64,000 nucleotides of DNA from an uncultured cyanobacterium. GTDB lineage: Bacteria; Cyanobacteriota; Cyanobacteriia; Cyanobacteriales; Cyanobacteriaceae. This document shows positions 55,497 to 64,000 of the stretch, in pieces (position 1 is the stretch's first letter; every line of letters starts with the position of its first letter). The notes beneath the pieces are model-generated. The model ran no database searches and had not been told where the DNA came from. It was given only the letters and a program-made list of their open reading frames with translations. The translations under genes were made by a program, and so were the position numbers. The stretch spans positions 832,001 to 896,000 of the forward strand of contig CAVVOP010000008.1 in the NCBI GenBank assembly GCA_963749915.1, written 5' to 3'.

Positions 55497-55794
55497 CCCA
55501 CATTCCGCATGTTCTTTTAGAAAACAATCATATTTTAATGACTTTTACGCAACTTTACTATAGGTAATACATATATTTATTGTTTTTTGCGAGCAGCTTC
55601 GCTGTGCCCTTGGCATCGCATAGTGACAATTGGCGAGCAGCTTCGCTGTGCCTTTGGCATCGCCATATACAGATTTTTACAGTATTTATATTTGTTTAAT
55701 CTCAATTTCGTTGTTTTATTACTTGGGGAATATTTTGTAAACAAGGCGTTAAGGTATTACATGGCATAGTGCAAATTGACGTGCGGAATGTGGG
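55497..55794 (+). mobile_element. Non-autonomous IS1634 derivative (MITE, 298 bp)
   Basis: Ends CCCACATTCCGCATGT / TGACGTGCGGAATGTGGG match the TIRs of the IS at 39699. Confidence 0.85.
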
Positions 55795-56031
55795 TTGATC
55801 TGTGCGCAAGGCAAAAATAAATAAATGGAGCGTAGCCGTTACGAAGACTATAACTAAGTACAACTAGACTATGGCGGCGAAGCGACTTCAATTAAGGTGT
55901 TGCCTAGTCGCACCACAGAACGGGTATAATAGAAAAGCGGTCGTTCATTATCCCCACAGTTCCAGCCACGCAGTGACCTAGGGTCGGAAACAGTAGCCTT
56001 TGAGATAAACCGAAGGCAAAAAGACTATGTT
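55795..56031 (+). repeat. ~235-bp structured non-coding element, copy 2
   Basis: Inverted near-identical match to 45070-45306. Confidence 0.9.
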
Positions 56032-56139
56032 CTTTAGGGGTGACAACAACAAAACACTGTAAGCCGCTCTAGTTCTCGCTTATAAGTAGAGAATTAGTAC
56101 ATGCGTTTTGGTGAAGTTTAGTTTCAAATTGGGGTGAAG

Positions 56140-56320
56140 TGAGTCGAAGAACTGTTCGGCTAATGCTTACCAAGCTCCCCGACTCGGTTTGATTTTTGGA
56201 TGCTGTTACCAGCATCACAGGAACAGGCTGGACTCTTCGGATACACCCTCGACAGATTCCCACCTGCCAACTCTCGCGATGAAGAGACCTCCCGCCAACG
56301 CACACCACACGAAAACCGTT
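56140..56320 (-). ncRNA. 3' remnant of a DGR template repeat and downstream structured spacer RNA
   Basis: AACGGTTTTCGTGTGGTGTGC (NGFRVVC) followed by hairpins GATGCTG-GTAA-CAGCATC and GAGTCGGGGAGC..GTTCTTCGACTC. Confidence 0.7.
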
Positions 56321-57213
56321 CAGTCTTCGTCTTCCCCGATGTAAGTTACTATTTCTGACCCGAATTCGATCGCCTAAAATGCGGAAGCCAAGGAAGCTAG
56401 CACCGTATTTAGTGGCAAATAGTTGACTCTTGATGGGATGAATTTTTAGTCTGAGTATTGCCAAATACTCTTCTATTGCTATTCTGGCATCGGCGAGAAA
56501 ATCTCGTTCGTCGGCAAATAAAGCGAAATCATCAACGTATCTTACGTATTGAGAAGCTTTGAGAGTTTCTTTGACAAAGTGGTCAAAAGGATTGAGTATG
56601 ACGTTCGACCAGAATTGACTGGTTAAATTGCCTATAGGTATGCCTTTTCGCCTTTGTAAGGGGGTTAGCAAATCATCACCTGGAAAATATTCGATGACGG
56701 GTTCTTGTTCATTACTATTATCGATGATGGTATCAATCAGCCACAAAGTATCAGGACATTTGATTTTACGTCTGATTTGTCGTTTGAGAATTTGATGGTC
56801 GATACTGGGAAAATACTTCTTGATATCGCATTGCAAGACGTAGCGGCTGCGACGAAAAAACTCGATAAATCTTCTCAAAGCTCGATGGGTGACAAATCCC
56901 ACTCGGTTGGCATAAGAATCACGAATGAAAGTACGCTCAAAAATGGGAACGATTATATTACACAGGCCATGGTGAACCACTCTATCTCGGTAGGGAGCGG
57001 CAGAAATCAGACGGCTTTTAGGATCTCTGATATGAAAAGTTCGGTAATTTCCTGGTTGATATGTTTTAGCCGTAAGCTCCTGTTGTAATTTGATTAACTC
57101 CCCTTCTAAGTTGTAGTTGAAGTCTAAAATATTATCTCTAAATCTTTTGCCCAATTGTGCTTTTCTAGCGGCTAAATAGAGGTTATCAAATGTGATAATT
57201 TGGGGGTAGAGAT
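56321..57213 (-). pseudogene. DGR-type reverse transcriptase, clipped at both ends
   Basis: [51 protein letters not shown]; the first codons come from the IS1 end. Confidence 0.85.
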
Positions 57214-58166
57214 GGTCGTGCATCAAATAACTGTGGGATAGCTAATTAAGTCATGCCAAGTCCATCTCTGGTCACTCAATCCCGATCTTTGAGCGGCTGT
57301 TGTCCCTAACCGAATATTTTTCCAAATCCAGTTGAAATAGCTGACGACTAACCTTGCCGTTACTTTCGTTTGCTCCCAGACCTTGGCAAATTTATTTTGT
57401 TGCCGATGCCATCTTCCTGTCTGTTGCCGGAGAATTCCATTAGTCCTCTCCAGCCTTTGGTTTCCTTTTTTACTGATCTGGTGCTCTATCTCCTCTGTTA
57501 ATACCCTTTGATAACCCCTTAAGCCATCAGTATTCCAGTTTTGGCATTGGGTTTTTCCTTCTGTGGTCACGAGCATCTCCTCCAGAAGTTGATCCTTCCG
57601 TTTTCCTACACGAGCTGCCAGAATCAAGCCACTATCTTGAGCTAAACTAATTCCTATCCAGCAATCCCCGGCTATTATTTCGTCTGGTTCGCATTGGCAC
57701 TGTTTTGTCTTGGTGCGCGTTCCCTTGCGTCTTACGCCGACGCGGGGTCGCACCGCTTTTCGACAAATGACCACATTTCATCAGCGCTTACTTGTTCTGT
57801 TTCCACTTGTTGAACCTCAGCATTATGTATCATTTGAGCTTTTTGGCTAGCATCCCTAATCAAAGAAACTACGGTGCCGTAAGCCCTGCCACTGATTCGA
57901 CTCACTCCTCTCAGGCTACTGCCTTCAGCATGAGATTGAAGAATGGTATGAACTTCGGCCGGATTGAGATGGCGGTTATAGTAAAGAGTCTCAAAATGTT
58001 CAGGAAAAGTTTTACCACAATGAGGACATTTATAACCCTGGTGTCCTTTCTCAGTTTTGCCATGTTTGTAAGCTTTATGGTGACCGCAGAGAAGACATTT
58101 CATAGAAATAAATAGAATACTACTTTTCTCTCATACTCTCATCCCACAGATTTTTGTTTCACGACC
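57214..58166 (-). mobile_element. IS1-family element (InsA-like 57732-58103, InsB-like 57223-57774)
   Basis: TIRs GGTCGTGCATCAAATAACTGTGGGA / GGTCGTGAAACAAAAATCTGTGGGA; CxxC..CxxC, HTH, DEMWSFV, TDG, LERTNGILRQ. Confidence 0.9.
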
Positions 58167-58480
58167 GAATTATGTTTGAGAACCCAAGTTGGTATGAGAT
58201 CCCACCAGCCCACTAAGGAAAATTGTCCGGCGAAGCGAATTTTTGAGTGCGACTCGACTGTCCAGCACTAGACCACAGACAACTTCCTGCCAGCTAATTA
58301 AGCACCAAAAACGGCAATTTTCCGTCTGCACCTTTTCCTCATAAAAAATAAAATCCTCAAAAGTTTGTTTCAGCCAAGTCAATTCGATTTTAGATTTTTC
58401 TTTTGACAACTAGGTTTTCAATCTGCAAACATAGATAATAAGTTTGTTCGCAGAAAATCAGACTGAGGATCTATGCCACA

Positions 58481-58783
58481 ATGCACTTAATTTCGGCAGG
58501 TAAACTGAAACAGGTAGCATCTAAATATCCAGATGTAACTAAAACGATTCAAGCCTTTTGCAAAACGATCAAACAAGCCCAATGGCAAAATTTAATTCAA
58601 TTACAACAGGTTTATCGAGATGCCGAAGCTGTGGGAAGTTTTACCGTTTTAAACATTAAAGGGAATAAATATCGTCTCATTCTCGACATCGACTATGAAG
58701 AACAAGTAGCATATTTTAAATATTTTCTCACCCATGCAGAATATGATAAGGAGCAATGGAAAAATGACCCTTACTTTAAATGA
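58481..58783 (+). CDS. higB: HigB-family toxin
   Basis: MHLIS, VLNIKGNKYRLI, THAEYDK. Confidence 0.9.
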   Translation: MHLISAGKLKQVASKYPDVTKTIQAFCKTIKQAQWQNLIQLQQVYRDAEAVGSFTVLNIKGNKYRLILDIDYEEQVAYFKYFLTHAEYDKEQWKNDPYFK

Positions 58784-59183
58784 AAAAAATTACCTCAAAC
58801 TTTTAGCTCAAATCAAGATTATTCCCAAAATAATTGAATCAGAAGCTGAATACGAACAATATTTAGCAGTAGTTGAAAGGCTCATGGCTAAGAAAAATAA
58901 CCGCACCCCAGAAGAAACAACCTTATTTCGATTGCTGGTCAAATTAATTGAAGACTATGAAGAAGAATCTTATTCTTTAGAGGATTGGAGTAACCTTTTA
59001 CCTCATGAAATTTTACAACACCTTTTAGAATCGAGCGGCAGGAAACAAGCAGATTTAGTCGGAGTTATCAGTTCTTCTAAAGGGTTGATCTCATCCGTAG
59101 TCAATGGTAAACGAGCCATTAGCATTGAACTGGCGAAAAAGTTAGGGGCATATTTTAAGGTGAATCCTAGTTTATTTATTTAA
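58764..59183 (+). CDS. higA: HigA-family antitoxin
   Basis: PKIIESEAEY, L..LIEDYE, KQADL..SKG..S..VNGKRAIS. Confidence 0.9.
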   Translation: MTLTLNEKNYLKLLAQIKIIPKIIESEAEYEQYLAVVERLMAKKNNRTPEETTLFRLLVKLIEDYEEESYSLEDWSNLLPHEILQHLLESSGRKQADLVGVISSSKGLISSVVNGKRAISIELAKKLGAYFKVNPSLFI

Positions 59184-59321
59184 TCCCTTTTTGGCAGATT
59201 CCCACCAGGGAATCGCGAGCGCAGCGAAGCCCGAGAGCGATGCACCCAGCTTCAACCAGCAAGACTAACTTTGGCGGGGAGTGCCACCATGATTCTTACT
59301 GAATTGATAATTGATTTTAAA

Positions 59322-59798
59322 TTAGATGTTTTTTGTCCGTTTGCTGTTGGATGGCCACCACTGACGAAATTCTTGTTCGTATTCTGACCCCGACAGTTGA
59401 TAGGTCTTTCTTGCCTCAAAGGCTAATCCAATTCCCCAGCCTAGTATAGGCCAGTAAGACCAGTCGAGGCTGCCATCGGTAATCAGGTCGATAATCACTA
59501 AGAAGGCGTTAACGACCAAATAAGAGAAAAGATGTTTCTGGAATTTTTCCCGACGATAGCTAATAAAGGCACGTCTGGCTTTTTGCTCGTGTTTTTGCTC
59601 GAACCACTGCTGTTCAGCTCGCTCAAGCTTCTGGGGGGAAATGCCAAGTTCCGCCGCCATTTCCAAAAGTTGCTCTGGGGAAAAATCCGACTGTTCCCAT
59701 TCCTGCTTCATAGCCAGAGCGAGAATTTGCTGGATATCCTCTTGACTGTACGAATCCGTCATCTCCTTTCTCTCCTGCGCTCTTCGTCCATTGAGCAT
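59322..59798 (-). CDS. 2TM-domain protein
   Basis: YSQEDIQQIL..A, EMAAELGI, HL..Y..VN.FL..ID, W..WP..GWG.GL. Confidence 0.8.
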   Translation of the reverse strand: MLNGRRAQERKEMTDSYSQEDIQQILALAMKQEWEQSDFSPEQLLEMAAELGISPQKLERAEQQWFEQKHEQKARRAFISYRREKFQKHLFSYLVVNAFLVIIDLITDGSLDWSYWPILGWGIGLAFEARKTYQLSGSEYEQEFRQWWPSNSKRTKNI

Positions 59799-60063
59799 AA
59801 TTTTAGCCTGATATTTCGATACTTCAAACAGAATTTTAAAAATTGCCAGCCAAAATTTCGTCCACCCTCTTACCCCTAATTCGCTCTAGCGTAGTCTACT
59901 TAAATTATCAAATAGAGCTCCTCTCTCAGAGAGGGATTAACTCTTCAGTTTTTTTCAGTTTTCTCCTCAAAGTCTTGTGAGGAAAGAATCCCTAGACACA
60001 AGCATACGGTTACAATAAGTTAAACCTTCTACCTCAATAAAACTTAAAACAAGGATAAAAGTC

Positions 60064-61025
60064 ATGGCTATATTACAACAAGATCAGTTTGATCTGAGGG
60101 TTCTCCAGCTTGTTAATCAATTTCGGGCACAAAATGGTCGGACACCTCTCACATTATCTGAAAAACTAGATAAGGCCGCCGATAAATACGCCAATCTCAT
60201 GGCAAATAAAAACATCCTGTCTCATACTCTTAATAACTCGACTATTGGTTCAAGAACAACAGCAGAGGGCTATATTTGGAATAGTGTACGTGAGAATATA
60301 GCGAAAGGGTATACAACCCCAGAACAGGTAGTTGGAGCTTGGATCAATAGTCAAGGACATCGCAACAATATGTTAGCCACCGATATTACCCACATGGGAC
60401 TGGGATACTCATCGAATGGAAATTATTGGTCTCAATCGTTTGCTCGTGGAGATGCCAATCCAGGAACGTATGTGGCCCAAACAAATGGCGGTTCTGGAGG
60501 AGGAGGAACGACTCCAGGAACGTTCAATGGAACTAACGGTAATGACATCTTAAATGGTACAACGGGTAACGACAAACTTTATGGATATGGAGGTAATGAC
60601 AAACTTTATGGATATGGAGGTAATGCAAACTTTATGGTGGAAAAAATGACACCTTAATAGGCGGATCTGGTGATGACACCTTAATAGGCGGATCTGGTGA
60701 TGACATCTTAAATGGAGGAAGAATTGCAGGAACAACAGCTGGTGAACTTGATGTTCTTACAGGAGGTTCTGGGAGTGATACCTTTGTTTTGGGAGGTTCT
60801 TGGGGAGTTTCTTATTTAGGGGCTAGCAATGCTGTCATTACAGACTTCGATTTTAACTATGATTGGATTCGAGTGAAGGGTAGTGCTAGCGATTACCGCA
60901 TGACAACGGGTAATTGGGGAGGAACTTCCGCGACAGATACAGCTCTCTACAAAGGTAATGATTGTATTGCTCTGATCCAAGATACGACTAATGTTAATTT
61001 TGGACGGGATTTTCATTTTGTTTAA
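60064..61025 (+). pseudogene. CAP-domain protein with RTX Ca-binding repeats, frameshifted near 60626
   Basis: VNQFRA, ENIAKG, WINSQGHR.N; GGxGND nonapeptides continue in the next frame after a 1-nt loss in a 27-bp repeat (AATGACAAA to AATGCAAA). Confidence 0.8.
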
Positions 61026-61232
61026 TATCCAATTTGCCTAGCGACTTAACTGTAACTTATAGTTGGTAGCAGTATTGTCACTTCTGTTGCTACTCCAGGC
61101 TTTGGTCAGATTACCCTTAATGGATTCACAGGATTAGATGCGGGTGACTTCATCTTTGTATATGTATAATCACCTCAAATCAGACGCTGAGCTAACTCAG
61201 AGTTAGGTTAAACAACTTTTTATGTTTTATCT

Positions 61233-61643
61233 TCACTTGAGAGCCTCTAAAGCTTTTTGGTTGACAATTCCTTTCTCTTCGGCGAGAAATTGGAAGAATT
61301 TTCGCAAAGCCACTCTCAGATCATTTTCGGTGGCCGAATCCCACACCTTTCGTTTATACCATTTTCGGAAATGAGAATTGACCATGCCCTTGGTAATTTC
61401 TTCAATCGACTCAACATCAGTTTGCCGACAAATGAAATGGACAAATGTATCCACGATATTAGTATGCTTTCTTACCGTCTTCTTGGTATATTTGTCGCTA
61501 AGATAGTCAGCAAAGTCCTGATTGAGACTTTCAAGGTGGTTCCGGAAGGGTTCTCTAGCTGCTTCTGCCTTAGCTAGTGCTTCTAAGTACTGTTCAATCT
61601 GATCGCCGGGGATGGCGACTTTACCAGTAAACACTTTGGCCAT
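61233..61643 (-). CDS. Stand-alone integrase SAM-like (core-binding) domain protein
   Basis: F..YL...Y..KT..KH and ALRKFFQFL patterns; GAGG RBS; no catalytic domain. Confidence 0.6.
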   Translation of the reverse strand: MAKVFTGKVAIPGDQIEQYLEALAKAEAAREPFRNHLESLNQDFADYLSDKYTKKTVRKHTNIVDTFVHFICRQTDVESIEEITKGMVNSHFRKWYKRKVWDSATENDLRVALRKFFQFLAEEKGIVNQKALEALK

Positions 61644-61759
61644 CGGTTAACCTCATCAAAAAAAACACCGAATAATCTACCTTGATGAGAGATTATTCAT
61701 TTTCTCTTTAATTATTGTAGAATGGGGTTTTTTGCACAACCCCCCAAAAAGCGGTTCTG

Positions 61760-61940
61760 TTTGTCTGCTCTGGTCATATATGTTTTACTGATAATTTGTT
61801 CGACCTCAGCAATAAATTGTGGGTAGACTTTCCAGCCATCTGTAACGTAGAAATAACACTGCCACTTTTTTACTTCTGCCCACAATGGTTCAAAGGTTTC
61901 CGCACTATGATCTCCAATTACCCAGTCTAAAATACCTCTT
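61760..61940 (-). pseudogene. IS1-family InsB fragment
   Basis: Minus-strand translation GILDWVIGDHSAETFEPLW..YVTDGWKVYPQFI..SKTYMTR; an orphan IS1 end lies at 62066-62085. Confidence 0.75.
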
Positions 61941-62165
61941 TTAAGTAGCTGAGAAAGATGTTATGGAACAAAAGAATTTTGTGGAGTCTCTCTCCGGGAT
62001 TGCTGTCTAAAAAATAGAGTACTCTTAGGAGTGTTATGCACTTCAAAAGTTTTTGCAACAGAACCCAGATTTTTGTTTCACGACCGCTTGTCTTTGGGGC
62101 TGATTGAAGGTATGGTGAAGAAGAGAAAAGACATCAGGAAAAGTGATTGACCCTCCCAAGTTATT

Positions 62166-64000
62166 GTGAGCAAGCATCGAGTACGAAAAAAGCAGAACCG
62201 CCCTCAAGAGCTTTCCCCTTCTGGGGAAAAGCTCCCCCAGCAACTGCAAAGTCTGATTGGGCAAAAGAGATATAGGGAAGCCTTGAATAAGCTCTCCCAA
62301 ATCCGCCGCTCTTATCCAGAGCTCGAAATTACTCCTTCAGAAGAAATTCTTTGGTCTCTACAGGGACAGCAGGAATGGGCTCAGGGGCACTATCGCTTAG
62401 CAGAGAAATCCTTTCGAAAATCCCTAGAACTAGGTCTTAATGGAGAAGCACACTATTGGTTAGCCAAGTGTCTTCTCTCTTCAGAGCGATTACAAGAAGC
62501 CGTCGAGCTGTTCCGCACCGCTTTCGAAACTCGGGTTCTGCCGACCGATTATGCAGGATGCTACTTGAAGCTTTTATTTCTGGCGGGTGAGACGGCAACA
62601 GTTCAGGAGTTGATTAGTTCTCAGCAGCAGCGGTTTGAGCCCTCTCAATTACACTGGGCCCGAGGAATGCTAGCTGTAAAAGCAGGAGAGCCGGCGAGAG
62701 CCTTAGTTCACTGGCAGAAAATGCAGCAGCCCGTCACCCCGGAAGATTGTCCTGACGCTTGGCTGGTCTATGCTCACCAGCAGATGGAAAACTGGTCGGC
62801 GGCTTCCTCGCTGCTGGGCTGGCAGAAAGGAACTGATGGGGTCAGGTTATCTTTGAGCAATACTGAGCCCAGCCACCCAGCCGAGCAGCGGTTATTAGTG
62901 GTGCAAGCCATAGCCACGGGGAATTCCCTGAGGGAGACAATGATTGTCGAGGAGCGAAAGCTCCCTAACTCGGAAGCCATTCTCGTGTTAGAAATGCTTC
63001 GCCTAATTGACGAACAAAACTTCCACGAGGCGGCCCATATAGCCTTAAAATTAGCTCGCCCTTGTCGGCAATTTCCCGAAGTCGATACCCTCTATCGCCC
63101 ACTCATGATCCTAGCTGGCGAGCAGGCTTGGCGAGAAGGAGAGCCAGAATGTACCCAAGAGTTCTGGTGGGGAATTGCGGTTGAGACCCCCTTTAACCCC
63201 CAGCTGGCAGTGAGACTAAATCAGATCTTGATGGAGATGGGTTCTTATAGCCAAAGCCAGCGCTTATTGACGAGACTGCTGAATTGGCTCAAAAAAGAAG
63301 CACAACAAAATCCCTCGGACTGGCCGTCAAGCCGATTGAAACCGACTCTAGCCCAACTTAACTGCCAGCTGGCGGATAGCTGTATGGCAGCGGATCAGCG
63401 AGAGAAAGGCTTCGGGTACCTGCGATCAGCTGAGCGTCTGTGTCCCAACTTGCCGGACGTGGTCGGGCGCCAAGGCCTGAGAGCCTACGCTCACGATCAG
63501 ACCCAAGAATCTATCACTCTGCTGACCAAGGCCCTGGAGTCAGGCTGTCGCTATGAGGAAGTCTACACCACCTTAATAGAGTGTTTGCAGGAAATCGGCG
63601 ACCAGTCAGAGAGAGCGGAAGTTCGCCGCCGTTTCGGCAAGCAATTTGGGGATCTCACCGCTGACCTAGAAATTGAGGTACCCGCCTGGGTTGAGGCCTT
63701 ATCCCAGCCCAGTTATCGAAGCTTTGAAGGTTTGGCTGTAGAAATCCGCTCGCAAGAGCCTGCATTGCAGGCCTGTCGCATTTTCCTTCGAGGGGCAGTA
63801 GATGAGCCCAATCGGGACCAGCGGGTGACCTTGGCCCAAGAACAAGTGGCCTCACATTGGGAGCAACTGCTCGAGAGCTTAGACCCCGACGAACAAATTC
63901 CCGTGCTCCAGGCCATCGGTCTGTGCCTGCTCCGTTTTGCCAAGCGTAAAAAAGGTCTGGCTGGTTTAATCAATGATTATTTGCAGAAGCTGTTGGATTT
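62166..64000 (+). CDS. Large TPR-like helical-repeat protein, runs off the window (not in the ORF track)
   Basis: GTG start MSKHRVRKKQ..; translated parts at both ends are in the same open frame; AEKSFRKSLELG..AHYWLAKCLL TPR pattern; GC-richer than host genes. Confidence 0.75.
   Translation, partial: MSKHRVRKKQNRPQELSPSGEKLPQQLQSLIGQKRYREALNKLSQIRRSYPELEITPSEEILWSLQGQQEWAQGHYRLAEKSFRKSLELGLNGEAHYWLAKCLLSSERLQEAVELFRTAFETRVLPTDYAGCYLKLLFLAGETATVQELISSQQQRFEPSQLHWARGMLAVKAGEPARALVHWQKMQQPVTPEDCPDAWLVYAHQQMENWSAASSLLGWQKGTDGVRLSLSNTEPSHPAEQRLLVVQAIATGNSLRETMIVEERKLPNSEAILVLEMLRLIDEQNFHEAAHIALKLARPCRQFPEVDTLYRPLMILAGEQAWREGEPECTQEFWWGIAVETPFNPQLAVRLNQILMEMGSYSQSQRLLTRLLNWLKKEAQQNPSDWPSSRLKPTLAQLNCQLADSCMAADQREKGFGYLRSAERLCPNLPDVVGRQGLRAYAHDQTQESITLLTKALESGCRYEEVYTTLIECLQEIGDQSERAEVRRRFGKQFGDLTADLEIEVPAWVEALSQPSYRSFEGLAVEIRSQEPALQACRIFLRGAVDEPNRDQRVTLAQEQVASHWEQLLESLDPDEQIPVLQAIGLCLLRFAKRKKGLAGLINDYLQKLLD

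Noticed and set aside
55589..55663. Possible mini-CRISPR array
   Set aside because: Only two units, a 13-bp spacer, HIP1-derived ends and no cas genes
56069..57226. RT as a retron or group II intron maturase
   Set aside because: GNLTSQ motif and TR-like tail indicate a DGR; no VTG motif, maturase domain or intron domain V seen
58170..58409. 79-aa ORF beside IS1
   Set aside because: No recognisable motif; probably a scrap or spurious

Overview
AT-rich cyanobacterial DNA (HIP1 GCGATCGC sites, ccb1, Rre1/Ycf29-like regulator; probably Chroococcales, which is an inference) in two distinct halves. 1-39.6 kb is core chromosome: dacB, folate/biopterin transporter, tRNA-Lys, corA, a prs-nadV-nrtR NAD-salvage operon with a visible NrtR operator, metK, wza/wzc, a GluR0-like channel, clpC, pheS, secA and tamB, plus heptamer repeats and MITEs. 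From an IS1634 copy at 39699 onward the sequence is a decaying plasmid/prophage-like island: parA, Gp157, three toxin-antitoxin pairs, broken tyrosine recombinases with dif-like sites, IS256/IS1 copies without target duplications, and a collapsed DGR. Main leads: (1) a GC-rich 226-aa ORF (44067-44747) that aligns by eye with the animal gasdermin pore-forming domain, has no neighbouring protease and is followed by an attC-like site; (2) a gene at 45370-45654 lying in a 359-nt tract whose only adenine is in the TAG stop, next to a duplicated ~235-bp structured element; (3) a tandem array of 3 intact and 2 relic precursor peptides with a shared cyanobactin-like leader and unrelated Cys-rich cores. 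All homology calls are by eye; no searches were run.
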